Positions 1-9,813 of a DNA stretch of 64,000 nt are shown one piece after another. Source of the stretch: an uncultured Bacteroides sp. GTDB taxonomy: Bacteria > Bacillota > Clostridia > Oscillospirales > Ruminococcaceae. The position numbers were made by a program, and so were the translations under genes. Where the stretch lies: assembly GCA_964371535.1 (NCBI GenBank), contig CAYJMH010000010.1, forward strand, positions 2,607 through 66,606, in the 5' to 3' direction. Within the stretch, counting starts at the first letter, position 1. Each line of letters begins with the position of its first letter. The notes beneath the pieces were generated by a model. It searched no databases. It saw only the letters and a program-made list of their open reading frames with translations, and was not told where the DNA came from.

Positions 1-1013
1 TTTGGTGCATCAAAACACGGGCGCAAGCTTTTGTCGCCATTTTGTTTGTCGCCGCTTTCGCCCCACTCGCTTCCATAGTAAATGCAAGGCACCCCGGGCA
101 TACCAAACAACATTGCATAAACGGCATTTATAGTTTGTTTGTCGTTCAAAATGCTAAAAATACGCGACACATCGTGGTTGTCTACAAAAGACATAAGGTG
201 CTTGCCACGGTAAATGCACCAGCCTTCACTGCCAAATTGTCGATGCAATGAGTGCGAAATTTCGAACATGTTCTTGTCGTTCATGCTAGAAAAAAGCCCT
301 TTATAGCATTCGTAATTTGTGCAACTGTGAAGCATATCGTCTTTTACAATCAAGTTATAATCGCCGTGTATTATCTCGCCTACAAGCGCAAAGCCCGGCT
401 TAATACTAGTGCAAAATGTGCGCAAGTTCCGCATAAAATCATGGTCTAAGCTGTATGCTACGTCAAGCCGAAGTCCGTCAATGTCAAAATTTTCAACCCA
501 ACCCTTTACACAGTTAAGCAAGTAATTTATTACTTCGGGGTTTTTTAGGTTTAGTTTTACAAGTTCAAAATGGCCCTCCCAGCCCTCATAGTAAAGGCCA
601 TCGTTATAATTACTGTTGCCGCCAAAATCAATAAAAAACCAGTGTGCGTACTTTGAGTTTTCGCGCTTTTCAAGCACGTCTTTAAAAGCCCAAAAGCCCC
701 TGCCAACGTGGTTGAACACACCGTCTAACACAATTTTTATTCCTTGCTGTTTTAAGGCGGCACACACATTTTTAAAGTCTTCGTTTGTGCCAAGGCGTCC
801 GTCAATTTTTGCATAGTCCCTTGTGTCATAACCGTGAGAATCTGCCTCGAAAATAGGGTTGAAAAGAACTGCACTAATTCCAAGTGTTTTAAAATGCTCG
901 GCCCAGTCAATAATTTTTAATATGTTGTTTGACGTGCTGCCGTCATTTTCATAGGAAACACCGCAAAAGCCAATTGGGTAAATTTGGTACAGCACACTAT
1001 CGTAAAGCCACAT
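1..1013 (-). CDS. GH13 alpha-amylase-family glycosidase (cyclomaltodextrinase/maltodextrin glucosidase-like), runs off the window edge
   Basis: Not in the ORF track. Hand translation from ATG 1013 gives MWLYDSVLYQIYPIGFCG; GH13 motifs on the minus strand include HGYDTRDY, LDGVFNHVG and IDGLRLDVA. Confidence 0.85.
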   Translation of the reverse strand, partial: MWLYDSVLYQIYPIGFCGVSYENDGSTSNNILKIIDWAEHFKTLGISAVLFNPIFEADSHGYDTRDYAKIDGRLGTNEDFKNVCAALKQQGIKIVLDGVFNHVGRGFWAFKDVLEKRENSKYAHWFFIDFGGNSNYNDGLYYEGWEGHFELVKLNLKNPEVINYLLNCVKGWVENFDIDGLRLDVAYSLDHDFMRNLRTFCTSIKPGFALVGEIIHGDYNLIVKDDMLHSCTNYECYKGLFSSMNDKNMFEISHSLHRQFGSEGWCIYRGKHLMSFVDNHDVSRIFSILNDKQTINAVYAMLFGMPGVPCIYYGSEWGESGDKQNGDKSLRPCFDAP

Positions 1014-1141
1014 AAAAAGCTCCGTTCCGCCGTTATTAAAATACTAAAACAACCCGAAACGGCACCGAGCGGATTTAGTGTAGGTTTAAATTGTTAATTA
1101 TGCTACCGCCAAAATAAGTATATGTAACCTTATATAATAAT

Positions 1142-1170
1142 ATTTTACAGCACATATGAAATTATTGCAA
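1142..1170 (-). promoter_or_regulatory. sigma-A-like promoter of the GH13 gene
   Basis: Minus strand TTGCAA-17 nt-TAAAAT. Confidence 0.5.
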
Positions 1171-1261
1171 TAAGCACATAGCAATACAAAATCACACAAA
1201 AGGTGGTTAGAAAAAAATTTATAAATGAAAACAAAGAAAAAAGCTATAAAAAGCGTAAACA

Positions 1262-1291
1262 TTGACAGAAACTGTAAAATTAATGTATAAT
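1262..1291 (+). promoter_or_regulatory. sigma-A-like promoter of the GT2 gene
   Basis: TTGACA-18 nt-TATAAT. Confidence 0.6.
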
Positions 1292-1367
1292 TTAATTTAG
1301 TTGCTATTAATATGATATGTAATATGCACTAAAGTGATTTTGTCAAAATAAAAAAATGGTGGTTATT

Positions 1368-2066
1368 ATGCAAAAAAAAATTCTAATCATACCTGCATTT
1401 AACGAGCAAGACTGCATAGTCTCTACAATAAAAGACGTGCAAGATAACTGCGATGGCTGGGATTATGTGATAATAAATGATGGGTCGTCAGATGACATGA
1501 TGAAAGTATGCCGACAGCATAATTTTAATGTAATATCACTTTCTACTAATTTAGGGCTTGCCGGTGCATTTCAAACGGGAATGCTGTATGCATATGAGAA
1601 TGGATATGACTTTGCAATGCAGTTTGATGCAGACGGGCAGCACATGGCACAATACGTTGAAACCATGATGAATAAAGCTGAAACAGGCAAAGTAGACATA
1701 GTTATTGGCTCGCGCTATGTAGACAAAAAAAAGCCTTACAGCACACGAATGCTGGGAAGTAGGCTTATCACATTATTGATATATATAACAACAGGCAAAT
1801 TTTTAACAGACCCAACAAGCGGTATGCGCCTTTTTAACAAAAAAACAATAAGAATTCTTGCAAGAAGCGTAAACTGCCACCCTGAACCTGACACAATTGC
1901 ACACCTTTTGCGCCACAAAATAATAGTAGAAGAATGCCAAGTAGAGATGAAAGAACGCATAACAGGCACAAGTTATCTAAGCTTATTAGGCGGTATAAAA
2001 TATACAGTTACAACGTTAATTTCCATAGCATTAATTCAATGGTTCAGAAAGGAAAAAATTAAATGA
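1368..2066 (+). CDS. GT2 glycosyltransferase, DPM1/GacI-like polyprenol-phosphate glycosyltransferase
   Basis: IIIPAFNE, INDGSSD, QFDADGQH, VIGSRY, TDPTSGMR motifs; alternative start 1356. Confidence 0.9.
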   Translation: MQKKILIIPAFNEQDCIVSTIKDVQDNCDGWDYVIINDGSSDDMMKVCRQHNFNVISLSTNLGLAGAFQTGMLYAYENGYDFAMQFDADGQHMAQYVETMMNKAETGKVDIVIGSRYVDKKKPYSTRMLGSRLITLLIYITTGKFLTDPTSGMRLFNKKTIRILARSVNCHPEPDTIAHLLRHKIIVEECQVEMKERITGTSYLSLLGGIKYTVTTLISIALIQWFRKEKIK

Positions 2067-2446
2067 ATGTTTTGAGTATATTGCTTATAGTCGGCGCTGT
2101 ATTCACAAGTGTTTTTATACTGTTCAAAGTTCGTCGCTCTAAAGTACAAATTGAAGATTCGATTTTTTGGTTGTTATTTTCGGCTGTTGTTGTATTGTTA
2201 AGTGTTTTTCCTGAAATAGCATACTTTTTTTCAAATTTATTAGGTTTCGAAGCACCTGTTAACTTCATATTCTTAGCAATAATATTTATTATTATTGTGC
2301 ATCAATTTTGGCTTACAATGCGTCTTTCACAAACAAACAATAGGCTGAAAGAAATTGTGCAACGAAAAGCGATTGACGACCATGAACTTTTTAAGCACAA
2401 CTTAAAAAATAAAGATGAAAACAGCACTGAGCTAGACGAAACATAA
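2063..2446 (+). CDS. DUF2304-family small membrane protein (GacJ-like)
   Basis: 127 aa, three hydrophobic segments, C-terminal coiled tail; ATGA overlap with GT2, the typical arrangement for this family. Confidence 0.75.
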   Translation: MNVLSILLIVGAVFTSVFILFKVRRSKVQIEDSIFWLLFSAVVVLLSVFPEIAYFFSNLLGFEAPVNFIFLAIIFIIIVHQFWLTMRLSQTNNRLKEIVQRKAIDDHELFKHNLKNKDENSTELDET

Positions 2447-2461
2447 AATTTGTAATAATTA

Positions 2462-3124
2462 TTATTTATTAAACTTAAAAAATGTGTGATATTTTTTCAC
2501 TATAAACGCTAAAAAAGAAAATAAAGGCATAACAATAAGCGGCAAGACAAATATTAAAAATAGCGTATTACCGGCAAAAGGTACTAAATCAAAAAATTGC
2601 ATTCTGTTTACAACAAGGCTTTCTATACTTATTGTATTAGATGCAGCTACCCCGCAGTCAAACCTAATGCCTTTTGTAAAGGGTGGGAAACGAAAGCTGT
2701 ACGTGCCATCTTCAAGCTTGCCGTAAAGCATTTCTTTCGCACCGAAATTCTCACTATCATCAAAAACATAAAATGCTATAACTTCACCCGGTGGTTGTGA
2801 AAAATTCAGTTTAATATGTAGGTTTTGTATGTAACCGGCGCCGGTTAAAATAAGCTGCCCGTCCTCATGTTCTGTTATAAAAGTATAATCGTCAATAACT
2901 TCAATGCCAACATGTTTGAAGCTATTTACATTTAAGTGTTGCGTGTTGTAAATTCCTGTTTTATAAAGTAAAAAATTAAATAAGCCTATTAAAAGCACTA
3001 AAACAATCATTGACAAAGTAGTGGCAACATAGCCAATAATCAATGAAAGCCTTGGGTGCTTTTTTGCATATTTATACACTTTTTTAACATTGCTAATAAA
3101 CGCTACTAATTTATTTGTCTGCAT
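2462..3124 (-). CDS. hypothetical membrane-anchored protein (two TM segments flanking an extracytoplasmic domain)
   Basis: ORF 2462..3154; likely start MQTNK at 3124, overlapping the end of the upstream gene. Confidence 0.6.
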   Translation of the reverse strand: MQTNKLVAFISNVKKVYKYAKKHPRLSLIIGYVATTLSMIVLVLLIGLFNFLLYKTGIYNTQHLNVNSFKHVGIEVIDDYTFITEHEDGQLILTGAGYIQNLHIKLNFSQPPGEVIAFYVFDDSENFGAKEMLYGKLEDGTYSFRFPPFTKGIRFDCGVAASNTISIESLVVNRMQFFDLVPFAGNTLFLIFVLPLIVMPLFSFLAFIVKKYHTFFKFNK

Positions 3125-5150
3125 AAACTTCCTCAAAATATATCGTATTGTCAATATTTACAACTTCGTATAACTTTCCTTGCTGCAAAGGGTTCACAAA
3201 ATGCTCGCCATATGATTGAATAAACTCAATATGTGGATAAGCAATAAAAATATAATCGAAATTTTCGGTTACAATTTGCAAGAACTCTTCATCGTTTGCA
3301 ATAGTAAAAACAGTAGAGTTTTCATCGCCAGCATATTCTTTTTCAACAAAGCCAATTGAAAAATCAATGCCGGTATTGTACATGTCAACATTTACATAAG
3401 CAGGCAAAAGCCTGTGCCTATACAAATTATAATTATAGTCATTGTTTCTGTCGGCTATCATCAAAATTCTTGGAGAAGAGCTCAGCACATCATTATAAAT
3501 ATCAACGTCTCTTTTTGCCTCTGCGGCCTGCGCGTAATTGTTTTCAGGGCTGTTAATTACAGTTTCATCTAAGTCAATATAAAAAACAAAAACTGTAAGT
3601 AAAATTGAAAGTAAAGTAATAAAATATGGCCTTCCAAAGCCTATTGCAACCTTAAATGCCAAAGCTGTAACAAGATATATCCAAAACCAATAATAAGTTG
3701 TCATATAGCGTGTGTATTCAACCATGCCATCGTTGAAATTTGCTATAAAAAAGCTGATTGCAATAACATATAAAACAGCACCCACTGCAACGCCAATGTT
3801 TGCCATTAATAGTGATGTGCGGTATTTTTTTGGTACTAAAAACGTAAATATAGCGCCTGAAAAAATTAAAATTGCGCATAATAGTGTGTCGTTTATGTAA
3901 AAGGTGGTGCTCTCTTCTTTAAACTGAGAAAACATTGCGCTAATTACTTCATTTTGCCCTGCATTGCGGTAGTCAGACGAAAAAACACTGAGCATTATGT
4001 TCAGCCATAGTGATGACGTCGAAGCCGGAACATGTGCGTCCACAACTTCTTGTGCACCGATGTCGTCTGCATTATTAACGCTCTCTTTTTCGTCAATTTC
4101 ATCTAACTGAAACTGCTCTAAATTATTTGCTGTAATGCTAATGTTTTGATGTGGTAAATTGCCTGAAACATGTAAAGTGTGTATATCCGCAGCAAAATAA
4201 TAAATTGAAAAGTATAGAACAAACGACAACAAAAAGAGCAGTGTGCGCTTAATAATTACTTTTATACTTTTGAAGCTTGTGAAAATTTCGAAGCAAAAAA
4301 TTACGCACGTTGCCAGTATTGCAAAAAGAATGCCAACATCTTTTGTTATACATGCAAGCAAAGCCGGTAGAAAGTAAAAATACTTTACACTTAAGTCTTT
4401 GTTAGATAAGTATAAAATAACGGAAAGTGCTAAATAAATGCTTAATAAAAAATCCACCATAGCAGTGCCGAAAACGTAAGAAACAAATGTATGGTCCGGT
4501 GTGGCAATGTGGTACGTTTGAAAAAACGCCGAAACAACAAAAAATAAAAATACACTTAATTGGATAAATGGATTTTTTGCTTTTTTACAGGAAAACTCAG
4601 TCACAAGCGCAAAAAAAGCCAGCGCAACAACAATGTATGAAAAGTAAAGTGAAAAATCGTTGTATTCCGACGAGAAAACAGAAAACAAGTACCCAAGCAC
4701 AGCGCTGCCTGTGGGCAAGTTGCTGAAAGTGTTAAGCCCAAAATTTTCAACAGGAGGCAGGCTGCCCGTTAAGTGCGTTTGCCGTGCAGCTGTACCCCAA
4801 TAAGAGTATTCGTCCCAGTAAGAAAAAAGTGGCGATTGAAAAGCATAAATTGCCGAAAATATCAGGCATGCTATTAAAAACAAAATAACAGATATGTTGA
4901 AATATTGTGTTAAAAGGTGAAATTTACCGCTTTTCGTGTCTAAATATATTTGACATATTGCAAGTATTACACAAAGTGCATAAAACAATGCTATGCCAAT
5001 AACAATCAAATCAAACGCTGCAAAAAACCACACAAAAAGCACGCCACCACTTAGCACACAAGCAAATGAAGACATAGGCGTAGTATGTAGCTTTCGGTGC
5101 AAAAAGTAGCCCGTAAAGCACATTATAAAAACAGGTAAAACGTAAATCAT
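3111..5150 (-). CDS. polytopic membrane protein, probable GT-C-fold glycosyltransferase
   Basis: AGGAG SD before ATG 5150; more than 10 hydrophobic segments; WDEYSYW acidic motif in the first large loop; late RY motif (YTRYM); flanked by GT genes. Confidence 0.6.
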   Translation of the reverse strand: MIYVLPVFIMCFTGYFLHRKLHTTPMSSFACVLSGGVLFVWFFAAFDLIVIGIALFYALCVILAICQIYLDTKSGKFHLLTQYFNISVILFLIACLIFSAIYAFQSPLFSYWDEYSYWGTAARQTHLTGSLPPVENFGLNTFSNLPTGSAVLGYLFSVFSSEYNDFSLYFSYIVVALAFFALVTEFSCKKAKNPFIQLSVFLFFVVSAFFQTYHIATPDHTFVSYVFGTAMVDFLLSIYLALSVILYLSNKDLSVKYFYFLPALLACITKDVGILFAILATCVIFCFEIFTSFKSIKVIIKRTLLFLLSFVLYFSIYYFAADIHTLHVSGNLPHQNISITANNLEQFQLDEIDEKESVNNADDIGAQEVVDAHVPASTSSLWLNIMLSVFSSDYRNAGQNEVISAMFSQFKEESTTFYINDTLLCAILIFSGAIFTFLVPKKYRTSLLMANIGVAVGAVLYVIAISFFIANFNDGMVEYTRYMTTYYWFWIYLVTALAFKVAIGFGRPYFITLLSILLTVFVFYIDLDETVINSPENNYAQAAEAKRDVDIYNDVLSSSPRILMIADRNNDYNYNLYRHRLLPAYVNVDMYNTGIDFSIGFVEKEYAGDENSTVFTIANDEEFLQIVTENFDYIFIAYPHIEFIQSYGEHFVNPLQQGKLYEVVNIDNTIYFEEVYADK

Positions 5151-5482
5151 GGTAGCTCCTAATTTAAGCTGAAATTTATCAAACAAAGTGTAGTGTAAAT
5201 TAAATATAAAAGTATAAATAATAAATTTACTAAGCTTTATCATGCACTTAGCTAATTATAACAAAATGGCTCTATAATTGTCAATTAAGCGCTTTCTTCA
5301 CAACAGATAAATTGAACAAAACGCCATACTATATATACATAAATAGTACTTTTTGTTATAATATAAAAAAGTACAAAATGTTGAAGTTAAAAGATTAATA
5401 ATATCGAATTAGAAAGCAGACGCAATAGTTTGCAGTAATATTCAGTAATAGTACAGAGATTTTTGAACTGGTTAAAGGGGAA

Positions 5483-6694
5483 ATGAAATTGACATATTGT
5501 TTTTTCACAGCACAATATTTGCCAACTGTTGGCGGGGTAGAGCGCTATACAAACAGCCTTGCGAAAAAATTAATTTCCGCAGGTCATGAAGTAATTGTTG
5601 TTACTAGCCAAAAAAAAGGCACCGAGAACTTTGAAATGCAAGGTGGAATTAAGGTGTTCCGTGTGCCGACATTGCAGTTTGCATCAAACCGGCTGCCATT
5701 CGCACTGCCGTTATTAAAATGGCATAAAATTAAAAGTATCTTAAAGAGTGAAAACATTGATTTTGTGGTAATTCAAACAAGGCTATATTTTCTCAGCTTT
5801 CTTGGCGCAAAATTTGCACATAAAAATAATATACGTTCAATTTTAATAGATCACAGCACAGCACATATTATTTCTAAAGGTGTTTTGGGCTATTTTTGCA
5901 GTATATATGAACATATTATTATTGCATTAATTAAAAAGTATAATAAAGAATTTTACGGTGTTAGCAAGTCGTGTACAAAGTGGCTTGAGCATTTTGGCAT
6001 AAAAACGCAAAAAGTTTTATACAATGCAGTGGAACCACAGCTTTTGCAAGAAACTGCACAAAAAGCAATGCGGGATTTTGAAACTGATGAAGATTTTTTA
6101 AGTGATTTAATAATGAACAGTGAAACAAAACACAGTAACACACAGCTATTATTACAAAGTAAAAAAGATATAAAGGCAATAGTTTACAGCGGTAGGTTTG
6201 TGGAAGAAAAAGGTGTTTTGCAATTGATAAAGGCATTTGAAAAAATAAAAGCACAGCACAAAAATGCCGTTTTACTTTTGGGAGGCGGGGGCCCGCAACT
6301 TGAAGAAATAAAAGCAATTTTGCCGCAAAATTCGTACTTGCTGGGTATGTTGCCATATGAAAAAAATTTAGCGTTTATGAAAAGTGCACACATTTTTTGC
6401 CTGCCTTCTTTGGCAGAGGGATTTGCCACAACTGTGCTGGAGGCTGTGGCACTAAAAACATTTGTAATAACAACGAATGTTGGAGGAAGCCCCGAACTTA
6501 TCACAAGTGATAGGCATGGGCTAATTATTGAAAATAACAGTGTAAAGACAATTGAAAAAGCGCTGAGTTATGCCCTGAACAATGACGATATGCGAAATAT
6601 GGCATGTGAAAATGCATATGAAAGGCTTAACGAGCATTTTACATGGCAAAAGGTATTTGAAAAGTTGCAAGCAATTGCTGAGGAAAAATTATAA
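5483..6694 (+). CDS. GT4 (GT-B) glycosyltransferase
   Basis: YLPTVGGVE, YSGRFVEEKG, LPSLAEGFATTVLEA, TNVGGSPE motifs. Confidence 0.9.
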   Translation: MKLTYCFFTAQYLPTVGGVERYTNSLAKKLISAGHEVIVVTSQKKGTENFEMQGGIKVFRVPTLQFASNRLPFALPLLKWHKIKSILKSENIDFVVIQTRLYFLSFLGAKFAHKNNIRSILIDHSTAHIISKGVLGYFCSIYEHIIIALIKKYNKEFYGVSKSCTKWLEHFGIKTQKVLYNAVEPQLLQETAQKAMRDFETDEDFLSDLIMNSETKHSNTQLLLQSKKDIKAIVYSGRFVEEKGVLQLIKAFEKIKAQHKNAVLLLGGGGPQLEEIKAILPQNSYLLGMLPYEKNLAFMKSAHIFCLPSLAEGFATTVLEAVALKTFVITTNVGGSPELITSDRHGLIIENNSVKTIEKALSYALNNDDMRNMACENAYERLNEHFTWQKVFEKLQAIAEEKL

Positions 6695-6976
6695 ATTGGC
6701 ATGTGGCTATGCCACATCAAAAAATAAATTATAAATAATCCATAATAAATATTCGCAAGTTAAATTAGTTTTCTGCAAAATGTCGAAAAAGAAAAAAATA
6801 TATAAAACAATGGCGTTATACATGTGGTTTGTGGTACAATAGTGCTATATAATTAAATGTCCAAATTTCTATTAGCGATAAACAGTATTTAAAATATAAG
6901 TTACGTTAATTTTTTGGTAAAAGCATTTTTTGTTCAACGGTTTTTGCCAATACATTCGGAAAGGAAAGGTCATGTA

Positions 6977-8140
6977 ATGACAACTTCAATTAAGCGCGGT
7001 AAGGATTTTTTCGGCACAGATAAAAATGACAGCAGTGTTTCACCACTTGGGCTGATTGCGGTGCCCGGGGCAGATGCATTATGCATAAAAATTAATAACC
7101 ACTTAAAAAGATGGGCGAAAGAAGCAGGCGTAAACCGTGACACATTTATTGTAGAAAGCGAGTGCCCTCGCTTTTCGACTGGCGATGGCAAAGGCATAAT
7201 AAAATCTACTATTCGCGGGGACGATTTGTTTATGATAGTAGATGTTGGAAACTACAATGAAACTTATAAAATATTCGGGCGTGACAATTGCATGTCGCCC
7301 GACGACCATTATCAGAATCTTAAAAGGTTAATACAGGCGGCAAGCGGCAAAGCAGACAGAATTAATGTTATAATGCCGCTTTTGTACGGCAGCAGGCAAC
7401 ATAGGCGAAGCTACCGTGAAAGTTTGGATTGTGCTGTTGCACTGCAAGAGCTACAAGCAATGGGCGTTTCAAATATTGTTACTTTCGACGCGCACGACCC
7501 ACGCATGCAAAATGCAATTCCACTTATGGGCTTTGACAATATTATGCCAACATACCAAGTTATGAAAACTATGCTTAGAAGTTTTGATGACCTTAACATG
7601 AGCAGGGACCATTTTATGGTAATTAGCCCCGATGAAGGCGCACTTGACAGGAACATGTATTATGCAAGTGTTTTAGGCATAAACCTTGGAATGTTTTATA
7701 AAAGGCGCGATTATTCTAAAATTGTAAATGGTAGAAACCCAATTGTTGCACATGAGTATTTGGGCGAAAGTGTTAGCGGGAAAGACATATTTATAGCCGA
7801 TGATATTATTTCTTCTGGCGAGAGTATGTTGGATTTAGCATATGAACTGAAAAATAAAAAGGCGAAAAGAATTTTTGCTAATGCCACGTACACAATATTT
7901 ACAAACGGGCTTGATGCGTTTGATAAAGCGTATGAAGAGGGCGTAATAACAGGTGTATTTGGCACTAATTTAACATATCTAACACCGGAATTGAAGCAGC
8001 GTGATTGGTTTTATGAAGTAGACGTATCGAAATACATAGCCTATTTTATAGCAAGCTTAAATCATAATATGTCTATTGGTTCGATAATAAACCCACATGA
8101 AAAAATTAAAACATTACTAAAGAAAACAGGAAAAGATTAA
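6977..8140 (+). CDS. prs: ribose-phosphate pyrophosphokinase (long clostridial type)
   Basis: RFSTGDGK, MPLLYGSRQHRR, TFDAHDP, ISPDEGA and ADDIISSGES motifs; SD GAAAGG before ATG 6977. Confidence 0.85.
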   Translation: MTTSIKRGKDFFGTDKNDSSVSPLGLIAVPGADALCIKINNHLKRWAKEAGVNRDTFIVESECPRFSTGDGKGIIKSTIRGDDLFMIVDVGNYNETYKIFGRDNCMSPDDHYQNLKRLIQAASGKADRINVIMPLLYGSRQHRRSYRESLDCAVALQELQAMGVSNIVTFDAHDPRMQNAIPLMGFDNIMPTYQVMKTMLRSFDDLNMSRDHFMVISPDEGALDRNMYYASVLGINLGMFYKRRDYSKIVNGRNPIVAHEYLGESVSGKDIFIADDIISSGESMLDLAYELKNKKAKRIFANATYTIFTNGLDAFDKAYEEGVITGVFGTNLTYLTPELKQRDWFYEVDVSKYIAYFIASLNHNMSIGSIINPHEKIKTLLKKTGKD

Positions 8141-8302
8141 AAAAAGGGGTTGTGACGAAACACGGCTACTCATAAGGAAACAATCTGACCACGGGGTCAA
8201 AATCAACTGAACACGGAAAAAAGCAATGCTGTGTGCATTGCTTAAAGTATACAAAGAAACCTTGTTTTACGCATTGAAAACAAGGTTTCTTTGACAGTCT
8301 GG

Positions 8303-8327
8303 CCGCTTGCTAATGCAAGCGGTTTTT
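8303..8327 (+). terminator. intrinsic terminator between convergent prs and ruvX
   Basis: CCGCTTGC-TAAT-GCAAGCGG followed by TTTTT. Confidence 0.65.
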
Positions 8328-8331
8328 ATTA

Positions 8332-8766
8332 TTAAGGGCAATCGCTTTTACTTGTGTTTTTTCTGAAAGTTAAATAGTTTTCTAAAATTACGCATGCAGA
8401 CACTGCATCTATAATTTCTTTTCGTTTTTTCTTAAATGTTTTGTTCTCTGTAAGAATATTGGCGGCGGCAATTGTTGAGCGGCGCTCGTCATAAAGCTCG
8501 ACAGGTATGTTTATAATTTTACTTACCATGTCAGCCACTTTGCGGCATTTTTTTGCCCTGTCGCCCTCGGTGCCGTCCATGTTCTTCGGAAGTCCTATAA
8601 CTACCATACCTACGTCAAATTCACGCGTTGCGTGTACTATTTTTTCAACTGCTTTCGCTATGCTTTTCTCCTCAATAACCCCAACAGGGCTAGCAAGGAA
8701 CTCCGTTCTGTCACATACAGCAACGCCTGTGCGAACATCACCGTAGTCTATTGCCATTATTTTCAT
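8332..8766 (-). CDS. ruvX: YqgF/RuvX pre-16S rRNA nuclease
   Basis: AIDYGDVRTGVA, VIGLPKNMDG, DERRST, IDAVSA motifs. Confidence 0.93.
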   Translation of the reverse strand: MKIMAIDYGDVRTGVAVCDRTEFLASPVGVIEEKSIAKAVEKIVHATREFDVGMVVIGLPKNMDGTEGDRAKKCRKVADMVSKIINIPVELYDERRSTIAAANILTENKTFKKKRKEIIDAVSACVILENYLTFRKNTSKSDCP

Positions 8767-8874
8767 ATTTTCTCCGTATATTCTTTTTGTATTTGTTGTA
8801 GTGTTAAAAGACGTTTGTCAACAGTTCTGAACTGCTTAAACTTGCAAAATGCAAAATATTTTCACAAAAGCAAA

Positions 8875-9813
8875 CTACTTCCAATTAGCAGCGGTTTCTG
8901 CAATGTTTTGCGCACAAAGGCCAAACTGTTTCAGCAATTCCTTTGCAGGGCCGGAATGACCGAACTCATCATTTACGCCTATTCTTTTAACAGGTGTCGG
9001 CAAGTTTTCACTTAAAACAGAGCAAACTGCCTCTCCAAGGCCGCCTATAATGTTGTGCTCTTCTGCAGTAATAATTTTTTTGCATTCTTTTGCGGCAGAG
9101 ATAATAATGTCTTTATCAATTGGCTTAATTGTTGGCATGTCAATGACTTGTGCGTTTATGCCAATTTGTCTAAGCATCACAGATGCGGCAAGTGCCTCTG
9201 CAACCATAAGGCCTGTTGCAATAATTGCAATATCGCTGCCCTCTGTAAGCTTATAGCCTTTGCCTATTTCAAAATTATACGTGTTGGCGTCGTAAATTAC
9301 AGGCACAGCAAGCCTGCCAAAGCGAATGTAGCACGGGCCGTTATGTGCGTAGGCTGCTTTTACAGCTGCTTTTGCCTGTGTGTCGTCTGCAGGGCTAAGC
9401 ACTACCATTCCGGGTATACTGCGCATCAAGGCAAAGTCTTCGCAACACTGGTGGCTTGCACCGTCTTCGCCAACGCTTATGCCGCCGTGGGTGGCGCATA
9501 TTTTTACGTTTAGGTGTGGGTAGCCAATGCTGTTGCGTATTTGTTCAAATGCACGCCCTGCGGCAAACATGGCAAAACTGCTTGCAAAAGGCACAAGGCC
9601 CATTGTTGCCATGCCGGCGGCCGCCGCAACCATGTTGCCCTCGGCAATACCACAGTTAAAGTGGCGCTCGGGGAAAAATTTTTTTAACATGCCTGTTTTA
9701 GTGGCGGCCGAAAGGTCTGCGTCCAACACTACAATGTTGCTATGTTCCTTGCACAGCTCAATAAGTGCATTGCCATAGCTCTCCCTTGTCGCAATATATT
9801 TAGTTTCACTCAT
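8875..9813 (-). CDS. transketolase, C-terminal subunit
   Basis: LDADLS, GIAEGNM, GEDGASHQ, AEEHNIIGGLG motifs. Confidence 0.92.
   Translation of the reverse strand: MSETKYIATRESYGNALIELCKEHSNIVVLDADLSAATKTGMLKKFFPERHFNCGIAEGNMVAAAAGMATMGLVPFASSFAMFAAGRAFEQIRNSIGYPHLNVKICATHGGISVGEDGASHQCCEDFALMRSIPGMVVLSPADDTQAKAAVKAAYAHNGPCYIRFGRLAVPVIYDANTYNFEIGKGYKLTEGSDIAIIATGLMVAEALAASVMLRQIGINAQVIDMPTIKPIDKDIIISAAKECKKIITAEEHNIIGGLGEAVCSVLSENLPTPVKRIGVNDEFGHSGPAKELLKQFGLCAQNIAETAANWK

Noticed and set aside
42..816. Short plus-strand ORFs at 42, 252 and 616
   Set aside because: They are antisense shadows of the minus-strand GH13 gene.
8814..8830. IS-end-like TTTGTCAACAGTTCTGA between ruvX and transketolase
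   Set aside because: No partner inverted repeat or transposase; too short to support.
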